Shown: positions 26,282 to 36,159, counted from the stretch's first letter. The stretch is DNA of 40,000 nucleotides from Acidobacteriaceae bacterium (GCA_035651235.1 DASRGC010000061.1:27263-67262), one strand, 5' to 3'. The notes: generated by a model not told the origin, from the letters alone. Numbers and translations are program-made.

Positions 26282-26426
26282 AGAACGTACTTATCCGAAC
26301 GTCCTAGAACTTCTTGGAACTCCAAAACTATAATGAAATCAACTGGTTGGGCGGAAGTTCGGTCCACAGCGGTGCGGGGACGTACGGGTACAGCCACCCT
26401 TTGCTGCGGGTACGACTGCGGGTATA

Positions 26427-26898
26427 GTGAAGCCAATCTGTGGGTACGGAATTCGCCAACGCGAAAACGAAAATAGCTTAGAGAAGATCGCCGGTGCATG
26501 GTGGGATTGGTGGTCGATCGGCAAATCTCCACGTCATGCAGAAACTGTGATGCGCCGTCTAAAGGCGGATGTGTTTCCGGCGTTCGGTCACAAATTCATC
26601 GACGCCGTGACGGCCGCAGACGTTCGGAAAGTGAAGCTTGCCATCGAGAGACGAGACGCTCGAGACGTTGCCAAGCGCGCACGAGAGCACAGGGCAGGTT
26701 TTTCGATTTGCAATTGTGCGGGGTCTCGCCAGCAGGAATCCCGCTGCGGATTTCAGACCGAGTGACATCCTGGCGGAAGTCAGGTCTCAGAATTTCGCTC
26801 GTGTTGAAGTGAGGGACTTATCTGAGCTTCTGGTGAGGATGGATGAGTACAAGACCTTCGCCATGTACGCGGGCGCGGTCATCCGCCTCGGGGTCTGA
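26427..26898 (+). pseudogene. remnant of a P4-type tyrosine integrase: SAM-like N-terminal domain only, frameshifted, catalytic domain missing
   Basis: Frame 3 reads ...SLEKIAGAWWDWWSIGKSPRHAETVMRRLKADVFPAFGHKFIDAVTAADVRKV. Frame 1 continues GQVFRFAIVRGLASRNPAADFRPSDILAEV...FARVEVRDLSELLVRMDEY. This matches the arm/core-binding region of tRNA-associated integrases. No R..HxxR..Y catalytic region follows. It lies 145 bp downstream of tRNA-Gln. Confidence 0.7.
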
Positions 26899-27064
26899 TC
26901 TTCGCCGGCATCCGCATGATGACTGGACGGTTTTCAATCCCCAGTCCTGAGGCGGATCAAGTGGCCCTCCCGATCCTTGTCGTTGGCAGAAACGGGGTAG
27001 CACGTATTTATTGGATTCGTTTCAATTCTTGAATCTTGATTCCATGCATATACATCTACTAGGC

Positions 27065-27499
27065 ATGAAGAACTCGTTTACTCCAACTCTTCCGTGCATG
27101 TGCGCCAATATTCGACGCGCAGCGCGGGCGTTCACGCAGCGGTACGACGAGGCGCTGCGGCCTCTGGGATTGACGATCACGCAGTTCACCATCCTTCAGG
27201 CGCTTTCATTGGCGGGTGAGCCGATGCAGGGGGAGCTCGGAGAAATTCTCGCCATGGACAGCACGACCCTGACCCGAACGCTGGCAATTATGGACCGGCA
27301 TGGATGGATTGCTAAGAAATACGGGGCCGACAGACGAGAGCGGCGGCTGCGTCTGACTCGGGCTGGGGAATCCGAATTCAGTCGTGCAGTTCCGTACTGG
27401 CGAAGCGCGCAGGAAACTGTGCGCAAACGGCTCGGCAAACAGCGTTGGGACGAACTGACGAAATTGATCAAAGACACAGCCTCAATGCTCGCTGACTAA
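27065..27499 (+). CDS. MarR-family transcriptional regulator
   Basis: Winged-helix pattern LTITQFTILQALSLAGEPMQGELGEILAMDSTTLTRTLAIMDRHGWI...DRRERRLRLT. The ORF is open from 27011; the ATG at 27065 is the likely start. Confidence 0.85.
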   Translation: MKNSFTPTLPCMCANIRRAARAFTQRYDEALRPLGLTITQFTILQALSLAGEPMQGELGEILAMDSTTLTRTLAIMDRHGWIAKKYGADRRERRLRLTRAGESEFSRAVPYWRSAQETVRKRLGKQRWDELTKLIKDTASMLAD

Positions 27500-27509
27500 G
27501 AAGTTTTGG

Positions 27510-27932
27510 ATGCGAAGTAAGTTCTTCACTCCGGAAGAAGAGATGAATCTCTACGGTCCAAAGCAATTGGCCGACAGCATCCGCTCAGGTCGGCGAAACA
27601 CGGATTACCTCGTCGAGAAAGAGGAACACGTGACAACAATGGAAGCTCTCGACTTCGGCCAGTTCCTCAGAGACAGTGCGTTGCAAGAGAAGAGGCTCCG
27701 TTCCAAATCCACACTGATCAAGTTACTGAGGGATTCAGGCGAAAGCTGAGCAGAGTGGGTGGAATTCTTACCTGAGCCGTTCCTGGCGGAAGAAGTTGCC
27801 CAGCACGACGGAACGTCGAAGACTCGATTTGAGATGATTCTCGGCACACATCAACACGCGATGCACCATCTTGATCAGCTCACGGTCATTGTCCCACACC
27901 TCACGAGCCATGCGAGACGCAGAGGTTTCTGA
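27510..27932 (+). pseudogene. DinB-family (DinB_2-like) gene interrupted by an in-frame TGA
   Basis: Single reading frame 27510..27932. The N-terminal part is YGPKQLADSIRSGRRNTDYLVE. After the in-frame stop at 27747..27749, the C-terminal part reads KTRFEMILGTHQHAMHHLDQLTVIVPHLT, resembling the DinB metal-binding His motif. Confidence 0.45.
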
Positions 27933-27965
27933 AAAACCGGCATAGCAATTGAAGAAAGGAAGTTT

Positions 27966-28736
27966 ATGAAGCTCAATCACCGCACCATTCTGATTACTGG
28001 CGGCTCCGCTGGCATAGGTCTTGCTTTTGCTCTCAAATTTCTTGAACTCGGCAACGAGGTCATCGTGACTGGTCGCCGTCAGTCGGTGCTCGATGACCTA
28101 AAGGTAAGCCATCCGAAGCTCCACACGATCCAGAGCGACATCGCAGACCCCGCGCAGATAGCTTCCCTCGCACGGCGCGTGAAAGCTGAGTACCCGAAGC
28201 TTGATGCCCTGATGAATAACGCTGGCATTATGCACCACCGAAACCTCCGGGCCCCAGCGGCTGACCTCAACGAATTGACGACCGAAATAGACGTCAATCT
28301 GGGCGGCGTCATCCGTACCACTTCTGAATTCGTTGACATTCTCACGGCAAACAAAGGTACCCTGATCAACGTATCTTCTGGGCTCGCTTTCGTACCTCTA
28401 TCCTCTGCGCCAATCTACTGTGCAACCAAGGTGGCCGTTCACTCCTATACCCAATCTCTGCGGTTTCAATTGGAGGAGTGCGGTGTTGAGGTGATCGAAC
28501 TCATGCCGCCAGCCGTGAAGACGGCTCTATCCGCTGATCTTCCTGAAGGAGGTCTCGTCTCGTTGATAACCACGGATGAGTTGTTGAAGCAGACCTTTGC
28601 AGCTTTCAAGGCAGGTAAGCTCGAGATTAGGCCGGGACAGGCCAATCTACTCGCACTGATGCGGCGCTTGGCGCCAGGGTTCATGAACCGGCAGCTCTGG
28701 AAGGCTTCCAGGAACTTGGTTCCTGTCAAAGCTTGA
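27966..28736 (+). CDS. short-chain dehydrogenase/reductase (SDR) family oxidoreductase
   Basis: Cofactor motif ITGGSAGIGLAFA, NNAG, and catalytic S...YCATK (YxxxK). Confidence 0.9.
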   Translation: MKLNHRTILITGGSAGIGLAFALKFLELGNEVIVTGRRQSVLDDLKVSHPKLHTIQSDIADPAQIASLARRVKAEYPKLDALMNNAGIMHHRNLRAPAADLNELTTEIDVNLGGVIRTTSEFVDILTANKGTLINVSSGLAFVPLSSAPIYCATKVAVHSYTQSLRFQLEECGVEVIELMPPAVKTALSADLPEGGLVSLITTDELLKQTFAAFKAGKLEIRPGQANLLALMRRLAPGFMNRQLWKASRNLVPVKA

Positions 28737-28752
28737 TGCCTGTTTGGGAGGC

Positions 28753-28836
28753 ATGCGCGTGAAAGTCGGGATCATTGGAACTGGGAACATCGGTGGCGCA
28801 CAGGCCCGTAGACCCGTCTTCCGAACCCCTGGCTGA
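28753..28836 (+). pseudogene. truncated 5' fragment of an NAD(P)-binding Rossmann oxidoreductase gene
   Basis: A GGGAGG RBS precedes MRVKVGIIGTGNIGGA (classic GxGxxG N-terminus). The frame then degenerates and stops after 27 codons. Confidence 0.3.
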
Positions 28837-29445
28837 GTCGCTTCTATGAACTGTTCCGTCGTCAGCTTGACCCGAGTCCTCAGGCTCGAGCACCTTTAGT
28901 CCCGCTGATTCTGCCTCAGCCTTGCCGACGAACTCCCTGCTCTCGCTTGCGGAGTGCGATTAGTGCATCGGATCCGCTGCCTTCGACCGTGGTGTAGACC
29001 GTCTTCCGTTCGAGATACTCTCTCAACTGGAACTTGCCATCTATAGCCGGGGCCTTTGTTTTGCAGAACTGGAGAATCTCAGTGACCCTTTGGCTCAGGA
29101 GAGCGGCTCTACATACTCGAATCATGGGGTGGCGCTTTGCTTACCTGCGCAGGAAGATCTGAACGACGAGATATTGAGTGAGACATCTCTCTGGGCCAGA
29201 GCCGGTGCTGCCGGATTCGTGAGGCACATGTCTCTGACCGGTGACAAGCGCCGCAGGGTGACCTGGATCTTTTTGTTCTAGCCCTCATCAACAGCGGTGT
29301 TTCAACTGCCTATGAACTCTAGAAGCAGGCCGGGCTCATCCTGCTGGTTGTGCGATTCGGATCTGCTAGGTTGACGGCGCGTGGCGGCCAATCGGCGGCT
29401 CATCCGCTATGGAGTCAACGTTTGATAACGGTGAGCGTACGCTGA

Positions 29446-31170
29446 TCAATACAAGTCGTTCTGGCGGAGTGTTGTGGTAGTTGCTTTCGGGCTGGTGACC
29501 ACATTTGCATTCCGGCTGGTGATTGGATCTTGGTCTATTCTCCAGAGTTCATATCGATCGCTTTCACCGTGCCCTAGTCCCCACAGCCAGTAACCCGCCA
29601 TATTGCTGTAGAAGCCGATTCCTTCTCCCATGGTTCTTCCGAACCGATACTTATGGCTAACCTCGCCGGCCAATGTACGATGCGGGAAAAGAGCCAGCAA
29701 CTTGTCTTCATTCTCGATCCGGCCCACCACCAGCAGATCCCCAGGCTTGGGTTGGGGGCCGCCCGGGAAGGTGAGCTTTGCCCCAGCCAGAGGCGCGTAC
29801 CAATACGACGAGTACTCGTCGCCGAACCATACTCTTTCGCCTGCTGCAACGCGCGGCTGAATCAAACGAAACATGGCTTCCCGGCCGAAGTCCGCATACT
29901 CTGCGTCCGAGTGAAGGATCAGAAGAGAATAGCCGGTGCTGGCAATGATCAACGCAATGGCTGCGGCCCGGGTGAGCCTGAACGAAAAACCTTCCATCAA
30001 CCGGAAGCAGAGAAAAATGACGGCCGGCAAGCAGGGAAGTAGATACTTAATGGGAAGTTGAATGTAGTAGACAACCGGGAGAGGAATCAGAACCCATAAC
30101 AATAGGAAGACGTCGGTATGATCGCGCTTTCGCAATGCGTCGAATGACAGGTCGACCAGCACGACGAACCCGATGATGTCGAAGGACGAGACAAGCCGAT
30201 GTCGATGGTGCCAGAACAAAACGGCGAGTGCCAACGCGGTCGTAATGCTTACGATGGGCCATCGTCCGACCTTCAGACGGTTCGCAAACCAGCAGGCGGC
30301 CAAGGGTAGAGGAAAGACGAAGTACAGCAGATAGGAACGAAGATTGGTTTGGATGAACTGAGTTCCCGTGAAAACGGTGGCCGGACTATCGGCCGCACTA
30401 TGCCCACGCGTAGCAGCGATGATTGCCAACAGGAAAGCAGCGCCTGCCAGAACCGGTGTCCACAGCCAGAATTTCCGCCGGATCTGCGCCACAATTTCGT
30501 TGAAGTGGATGCTATCGAGCAGAAAAAATGCCGCGAGAGGAAATAGAAGCACGAGATGTGGGCGCGTATAGGGGGCGAGGCCCATTGCAATAGCGGCCGC
30601 CACGGCCTGCCTAGCCTTGTGCTCGGACTTCCATGCTGCAAGACGTTCGATAGCCACCAGCGCAAGCGCTGTTGCGAGAATATCAGGCATCGCGGTGCTA
30701 GCCATGGGGAGAAATGGCGTGACAGCTACCAAAAGTAGAGTGCCGGTAATTGCATGAGCCCGATTCCATCCAAAGCGAAAAACGAGCGAAGTCATCGCCA
30801 ACACTGCAATCCAGACGAACGGCAGTTGGGTAAGGTGCGCCATCCACTCGTGAGCGCCGCCCAGAACTGTCGGCACGAGTGCATAACCTTGCGCTTCTTC
30901 TCCAAGCAGGGCATTTCCGGGTCTCACCGGGATGTTGGAGAAGTTCCAGCAAACCTGAAAATCCATCGGATGCATCGGGTGTTTGACGATCTGCTTCGCC
31001 ATGGTGAGAAACCACGTATCGTCATTGACGTAAGCCTTGTTCAGAAATGGGAGAAGGCACACGGTAGCGAGAAGTAAAGCGGGCCACGCACAGGCCAGCA
31101 CAGTCATTACCGAAACCGTCTCGGGTGCGCCGCGATCTGTCTTCTTGTTCTCCAGCGTGAATGAACTCAT
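29446..31170 (-). CDS. polytopic membrane protein, GT-C-fold (ArnT/PMT-like) glycosyltransferase candidate
   Basis: About 574 aa with many hydrophobic helices. Acidic loop motif AYVNDDTWF directly after the first helix. A soluble C-terminal domain is present. The ATG at 31170 overlaps the upstream stop (TGATG). Confidence 0.65.
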   Translation of the reverse strand: MSSFTLENKKTDRGAPETVSVMTVLACAWPALLLATVCLLPFLNKAYVNDDTWFLTMAKQIVKHPMHPMDFQVCWNFSNIPVRPGNALLGEEAQGYALVPTVLGGAHEWMAHLTQLPFVWIAVLAMTSLVFRFGWNRAHAITGTLLLVAVTPFLPMASTAMPDILATALALVAIERLAAWKSEHKARQAVAAAIAMGLAPYTRPHLVLLFPLAAFFLLDSIHFNEIVAQIRRKFWLWTPVLAGAAFLLAIIAATRGHSAADSPATVFTGTQFIQTNLRSYLLYFVFPLPLAACWFANRLKVGRWPIVSITTALALAVLFWHHRHRLVSSFDIIGFVVLVDLSFDALRKRDHTDVFLLLWVLIPLPVVYYIQLPIKYLLPCLPAVIFLCFRLMEGFSFRLTRAAAIALIIASTGYSLLILHSDAEYADFGREAMFRLIQPRVAAGERVWFGDEYSSYWYAPLAGAKLTFPGGPQPKPGDLLVVGRIENEDKLLALFPHRTLAGEVSHKYRFGRTMGEGIGFYSNMAGYWLWGLGHGESDRYELWRIDQDPITSRNANVVTSPKATTTTLRQNDLY

Positions 31171-31820
31171 CACCGGACACATTCCAGAATCAGGTGGGTG
31201 TATGGAATACGCAATAGATCGTGGCGGACGCTTGGTCTGATATTGCTGAATACCTGAGATGCAATTCCCACGTACTCCCGCTCGCTCCTTACGTGTTCTC
31301 CCCGATCTCTTGTCAACAACCACCGCGCGGTGGAGGACTGACCGTCTGCGTACACGCCATCGAAGGTGACGAGCTTGCCACCGGGTTTTAGAGCGTCATA
31401 CGCGATTTGAAATAATTGCCGCGCTTCTGCATCGTCGAGGTGGTGCACAATCCCAAGCGCCAGCACTATGTCAAACTTCTCCTCTTTGGCGAGTGAGAAT
31501 TGACTCACTCGTTCGCAGACAAAGTGTGCTTTTGGAAAACGTTTCTTTGCCAACTCGATGTACTTGGGGCTTAGATCGAATCCCAGATACTCGCAGGGTG
31601 GCAGATAACGCGCGATGGTCCCGGGTCCGCACCCAATTTCAAAAATCCTGGAGCCAGCTGCTGGCTGAACATATTGGTTCACCAGAACTTTGGCCCAGCC
31701 AGGTCCGCCGACGAGATTCCACCACAACTGGTATGCGGCCGGAATGGCCAAAATGGAACGAATGGATTGAAACATCAGCCTCTCCGACCTGAGTTGACTA
31801 TTCCCCTCGGGCAAATTCAA
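31170..31820 (-). CDS. class I SAM-dependent methyltransferase
   Basis: Motif I IFEIGCGPGTIARYL, with post-I and motif II-like FDIVLALGIVHHL. Confidence 0.85.
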   Translation of the reverse strand: MNLPEGNSQLRSERLMFQSIRSILAIPAAYQLWWNLVGGPGWAKVLVNQYVQPAAGSRIFEIGCGPGTIARYLPPCEYLGFDLSPKYIELAKKRFPKAHFVCERVSQFSLAKEEKFDIVLALGIVHHLDDAEARQLFQIAYDALKPGGKLVTFDGVYADGQSSTARWLLTRDRGEHVRSEREYVGIASQVFSNIRPSVRHDLLRIPYTHLILECVR

Positions 31821-31912
31821 AGTGGATTTTCAAAAGCTATCACGACTCCAGCAACTCGGCGGTTTTGGAGCGGCGCTATGCAGCGGCGCCGACGGACCGG
31901 CGCTGCGCTGAT

Positions 31913-32749
31913 CTATTCCTTGACGGCGACGCACAGACAACTGCCTCCGAGCAGACAGCGCTTACCGGCACGCAACCGGCGCAGTTCAAGGTCGAGCATT
32001 CGATCCATCGCCCAGGCCGCAGGGCCACGGAGCGTGTGTTCCGAGCCAGCAATCTCACGCCTTTCGCCATTACGTATGCCAAGCCGTGTCGGGATCGTTC
32101 GGCTAAGAAAGATCAGCGGCGGAAGTGGACTAAAGATGTAGGACGAAAACTCGATTCGAAAGTTGCTGTTGGCAAGAACGCGATGGAGTTGAGGCAATGT
32201 GTAGCGGCGAAAATGACCCGCCGCGCGATCTTCGGAAGAGTAAAGAAATTGGTACGCGGGTACGGTGAGAAACAGGCGACCGGATGACTCTAGAAGTGAA
32301 CGGATAAGCTTCAGGGCAGCAGCTTCATCCTCGATATGTTCGAGAACATCGAAGAGTCCAACTGAAGCAGCGCACCCAGCAGGCAGATTCGAATCCTCAA
32401 GCCGCGCACAAACAACCGGATCAACCCCGCGAGAGCGGGCGGCCAAAGCTCCATCGATACCTGGCTCAACCAGTATGCAGTGAATGCCCGCAGATATGAG
32501 GGCTTGTGCAACAAAACCATTGCCGCCGCCCACATCAAGAAACGTTCCGCCGGAACGGTGGAACCGTTTTACGAACTCCGTAATCACGCGATTGCGGTGG
32601 CGGAACCAAAACGAACGATCCTCAACCGCAAGACACGCAACGTTTCCGTGACTCGGATATGACACTGCAGCCCCGTCTTGCCTCGCAAACCAAAGCCCGG
32701 GCTGGCGCTGCTCCAGAGATGGCGCCAATGTTGCGAGATCAAGCTGCAT
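31913..32749 (-). CDS. class I SAM-dependent methyltransferase
   Basis: Motif I FLDVGGGNGFVAQAL and VGLFDVLEHIED. The start is 2 nt after the upstream gene stop. Confidence 0.8.
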   Translation of the reverse strand: MQLDLATLAPSLEQRQPGLWFARQDGAAVSYPSHGNVACLAVEDRSFWFRHRNRVITEFVKRFHRSGGTFLDVGGGNGFVAQALISAGIHCILVEPGIDGALAARSRGVDPVVCARLEDSNLPAGCAASVGLFDVLEHIEDEAAALKLIRSLLESSGRLFLTVPAYQFLYSSEDRAAGHFRRYTLPQLHRVLANSNFRIEFSSYIFSPLPPLIFLSRTIPTRLGIRNGERREIAGSEHTLRGPAAWAMDRMLDLELRRLRAGKRCLLGGSCLCVAVKE

Positions 32750-32751
32750 GA

Positions 32752-33903
32752 TTATTGGGAGTTCCAGTTCTGGTAGAAATCGAGCACCGTTTCGGCGACT
32801 TCAGTCACATCTCGATCGCTCAAATCATAATACATTGGCAGCCGGAGCAGACGGCTGCTCGTATCATCCGTTACTGGCAGATTCATCTGAGGCAAGCCGA
32901 GAGATTTGCCGAAGGGCGAAGAATGCAACGGCACATAATGAAAGACTGCAAGGATGCCCGCCTGGCGAAGGTGGGCAATCAGAGCCTCGCGCTCGTCTTG
33001 GTTTGCGGCCAACAGATAGAACATATGGTAATTCGAGGTACAGTGATCCGGTATGAAGGGCGTGCGAATCCGGCCGCTATCGACGAGAGGTGCGAGCAGA
33101 TTTACGTAAAGATTAAAAATTTCGCCTCGACGGGCTGTGATCTTCTCCATGTGCTCGAGCTGGCCGTATAGGAAAGCCGCCAGTATGTCGGACAACACGT
33201 AGGAAGAGCCGATGTCTACCCACGTATATTTGTCAACCTGCCCACGCAGAAACTGGCTGCGGTTGGTGCCCTTCTCGCGCAGGATCTCGGCGCGCTTCTC
33301 CAAATCCGGTTCGTTGATCGTCAGCGCGCCGCCTTCGCCACACGAGAAGTTCTTGGTCTCATGAAAGCTATAGCAGCCCATATGGCCGATGGTGCCGAGC
33401 CATTGGCCCTTGTATTTGGCGAAGACTCCTTGTGCCGCATCCTCGACGACGAGCAAGTTATAGCGCCGCGCAATGGCCATTATCTCGTCCATCTCACAGC
33501 CGACACCGGCGTAATGAACGGGGAGGATCGCCCGCGTACGTGGGGTGATAGCGGCCTCGATCAGCCGCTCGTCGATATTCAGCGTGTCCGGCCGAATATC
33601 CACGAACACTGGTTTAGCTCCTCGCAACACGATCGCATTAGCGGTGGAGACGAAAGTAAACGAAGGAACGATGACCTCATCGCCTGGGCGGAGTTCGCAT
33701 AGAAGCGCCGCAAGCTCAAGCGCCGCGGTGCAGGAGGTGGTAAGCAAAACCCGGGCGGCGCAAAACCGCTCCTCCATCAATTTCTGCGCCCGCCGGGTGA
33801 ACGGCCCGTCACCGCTGGCATGTCCGCCAGAGATCGCCTGGCTGACGTAGATAAGCTCTGAGCCGACGATGCATGGTTTGTTAAACGGAATGTGGATCGT
33901 CAA
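32752..33903 (-). CDS. wecE: dTDP-4-amino-4,6-dideoxy-hexose (4-keto-6-deoxy-glucose) transaminase, DegT/WecE family
   Basis: Nearly collinear with enterobacterial WecE as I recall it: IPFNKP..VGSEL.Y...A...G...GDGPFTRR, PSFTFVSTANA, VHYAGV, FHETKN (PLP lysine), REKGTNRSQF, VDKYTW.DIGSSY, FHYVPLH, LRLP.YY.L. Confidence 0.9.
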   Translation of the reverse strand: MTIHIPFNKPCIVGSELIYVSQAISGGHASGDGPFTRRAQKLMEERFCAARVLLTTSCTAALELAALLCELRPGDEVIVPSFTFVSTANAIVLRGAKPVFVDIRPDTLNIDERLIEAAITPRTRAILPVHYAGVGCEMDEIMAIARRYNLLVVEDAAQGVFAKYKGQWLGTIGHMGCYSFHETKNFSCGEGGALTINEPDLEKRAEILREKGTNRSQFLRGQVDKYTWVDIGSSYVLSDILAAFLYGQLEHMEKITARRGEIFNLYVNLLAPLVDSGRIRTPFIPDHCTSNYHMFYLLAANQDEREALIAHLRQAGILAVFHYVPLHSSPFGKSLGLPQMNLPVTDDTSSRLLRLPMYYDLSDRDVTEVAETVLDFYQNWNSQ

Positions 33904-34038
33904 TGTGTTGAACTCACTGGAAGGGTCTTAGGCTCTAAGAAGAGCGGAGTCGAAATACCAGTATCGCTGAAAAGTAAAAGTTGATGGGCGACGCTACGTC
34001 ATCTGCCTTGATGGCACAGCAGACGATTTGCTCACGGA

Positions 34039-34791
34039 TCATCGCACGGCTGACCTCAGGCTCCCAAATGGACACCAGTGGAGGGTGATGCTGGGTGCGG
34101 GGAAACGAAAACCTAAGGAGACATAAAGATTGTGCACCGCAACATTCTGGGATGAGATGCTGGTGGAAACCTCTTCTACCCCTTCGCGGTGATGGAAAGC
34201 GAGCATTGCCTGCCAGACGCGCCGGCCCAGCCCGTGGCCGGCCAGGCCGGGAGCGAGCCCGACCAGGGACCAAAACCGGCTGGCAGGAGTGGGTTGCTCG
34301 ACTATGAAGAAGGCGATAGTACGACCTTCCATCAAACACTTCAGCACACTTTGATTCGGGTTCTCGAAGGCGTTTTGGGCCCACACACCATAGCGGCGGC
34401 TACCAATTTCGGGGCCAACCTGCGGGTCAACGTGTAGCCGGCCAGTTGCAAATATTTGTTCAGCGAATCCGGATATTTCTCTACTGTCCTCCGGAAGTGC
34501 TTGGCAGATAGTAATCTCCGAGTCGTCCGAAAACCTGTCAAGGCTGCGCAGGACGGGGTGGTAGTTTAGCTCGATGAACCGAAAGCCCTGTCTTTCGAGA
34601 AACCCACACTCGGTCAACTGATCCTGGGCCAGACGGCAACTTACCAACTTGGTATGGTTCCGCATGCACCAATCCCGGAAGCTCTCAAATGTGGGTCCCG
34701 CCTCTTGCTCTATCCGCACTTGGATCGATGCGATGGCGGCCGTGTTGCCTTCGAAAATCGGTACATCCCAAGGCGTCAAGTGGTACGTCAT
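34039..34791 (-). CDS. wecD: GNAT-family N-acetyltransferase, WecD (dTDP-fucosamine acetyltransferase)-like
   Basis: GNAT motif A region VGLAPGLAGHGLGRRVWQAMLAF and C-terminal NVAVHNLYVSLGF. The N-terminus LTPWDVPIFEGNTAAIASI resembles the WecD start. It neighbours wecE. The ORF is open to 34884, but that start would overlap the upstream gene by 26 nt. Confidence 0.65.
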   Translation of the reverse strand: MTYHLTPWDVPIFEGNTAAIASIQVRIEQEAGPTFESFRDWCMRNHTKLVSCRLAQDQLTECGFLERQGFRFIELNYHPVLRSLDRFSDDSEITICQALPEDSREISGFAEQIFATGRLHVDPQVGPEIGSRRYGVWAQNAFENPNQSVLKCLMEGRTIAFFIVEQPTPASRFWSLVGLAPGLAGHGLGRRVWQAMLAFHHREGVEEVSTSISSQNVAVHNLYVSLGFRFPAPSITLHWCPFGSLRSAVR

Positions 34792-34858
34792 GCTCAACGC
34801 AGAACTTTCCGACCGCTCCTCGACGTAGCTAAACAAGTCTGCTCTCCCGAGTAGGATG

Positions 34859-35815
34859 CTAAATCGATTCCGTGACAGTTCCATCGGGCGCCGGCAAAGC
34901 GGCCATCTCTCCGATCACGTAGGGAGGGCGGTCCATGCTGCGGAAGTGGATCCGCGCGAGATATTCCCCGAAGATACCAAGAGCGAAGAGTTGCACGCCA
35001 GCAAAAATAGCAATCACGCATACAAGGAAAGTGAATCCTGGGACCGCGCCCCCGTGGATCAAATAGTTGGCCAGGACCAAAGCCAATACTGAAAAGCCAA
35101 ATGCGACAGATACAAAGCCAAGAATACTGGCGATATGCAGCGGCAGAGTGCTAAACCCAGTCATGAGGTTGAACCCGTGCCGGATCAATTTACGTGTGCT
35201 ATATCCCGATACGCCCGCAGTGCGTGGGAGGTGGGAAACCTTGATGGCCGTAAACCGTGTCGTTGTCCAGGTGAGTAGCACGTCGATCGATACATACGGA
35301 TTCCGGTAATCCCGGAAGCCGTCTCGCAGGCGAGTACGGAAAACACGAAAAGCGCTCACGTTACGGGCCGTCTCGGCGCCCATCGCGCTGGCGAGCGCTA
35401 TTTTTGTCATGCGCGAGGCGAGATCGCGCAGAAATCCATGCTGTTCTTCTCGCGGCGCGCCATACACGACGTCATACTCAGGCTTCAACGCCGCCAGCAT
35501 TGGTGCGATTTCGCTGACTGGATGCTGCAGATCGTCATCCATGGTGAGAATGATCTCGTACTTTGCCGCCATGATGCCGCAGAGGAGCGCATTGTGCTGA
35601 CCGTAATTTCGGCTCATCTTGATGCCGCGTACACGGTAGTCTGCGCGGGCTAAGTCGGCAATGATCGCCCAGGAACCGTCGCCGCCTCCATCTTCAACGA
35701 AGATGATCTCAAATACTGACGTTAGCGCCGATACCGCATCGGAAAGCTGTCGGTAAAGATCCGGTAGTGTCCGTTCCGCACGATAGACAGGAATAACAAC
35801 GGAAAGCGTAAACAT
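34859..35815 (-). CDS. family 2 glycosyltransferase, polyprenyl-phosphate sugar transferase type (ArnC/GtrB-like)
   Basis: LSVVIPVYRAE, IIFVEDGGGDGS, MDDDLQHP (DxD/DDD-QH motif of the ArnC/GtrB/DPM1 type), and two C-terminal transmembrane helices. Confidence 0.85.
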   Translation of the reverse strand: MFTLSVVIPVYRAERTLPDLYRQLSDAVSALTSVFEIIFVEDGGGDGSWAIIADLARADYRVRGIKMSRNYGQHNALLCGIMAAKYEIILTMDDDLQHPVSEIAPMLAALKPEYDVVYGAPREEQHGFLRDLASRMTKIALASAMGAETARNVSAFRVFRTRLRDGFRDYRNPYVSIDVLLTWTTTRFTAIKVSHLPRTAGVSGYSTRKLIRHGFNLMTGFSTLPLHIASILGFVSVAFGFSVLALVLANYLIHGGAVPGFTFLVCVIAIFAGVQLFALGIFGEYLARIHFRSMDRPPYVIGEMAALPAPDGTVTESI

Positions 35816-36159
35816 GAATAAATTGGGCTAACCTCATACACTTGCTTCGAGCGCCTGGAGGAACTCGTAGGGGTGCGGCAGTCGAGCGAACTGTAGGTGA
35901 CGCCAATGCACCTCTCGCGCCATGCTGTCAGAGTACAACGGTCCCGACTGCAATGGGGCGACCTGTTTGAGGGCTCGAACGGCGGCACCTGATGGACCTG
36001 CTGCACGGGTTTCGTCTTCTACGTCGGGTGACTGCGAATCGCCAACGCAAGTTCCAATCAACACCGGTCTACGGTCGTTTTGTCCCTCCCGTGCGCTGCC
36101 GAAGAGTTTCCTGCTCTATGATGTCGGAGTCATAGCTGAATTGCGATTGTCGTCGGAAG

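Noticed and set aside
25860-26476. ORFs 25860..26282 (minus) and 26165..26476 (plus)
   Set aside because: They run across the right TIR, the TSD and the tRNA-Gln gene itself. That is incompatible with the far better supported RNA gene and repeat structure.
28819-28832. ttccgaacccctgg resembles the tRNA-Gln T-arm/3' segment (gttcgaatccctgg) and could mark an old att repeat
   Set aside because: The partial match is only about 12 of 14 nt and does not extend into the acceptor stem or CCA. That is too short and degenerate to call without genome-wide statistics.
33935-34384. 149-aa minus-strand ORF in another frame over the wecD-like gene
   Set aside because: It overlaps the GNAT gene, which has a clear motif A. 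Its Arg/Pro-rich composition is not protein-like.
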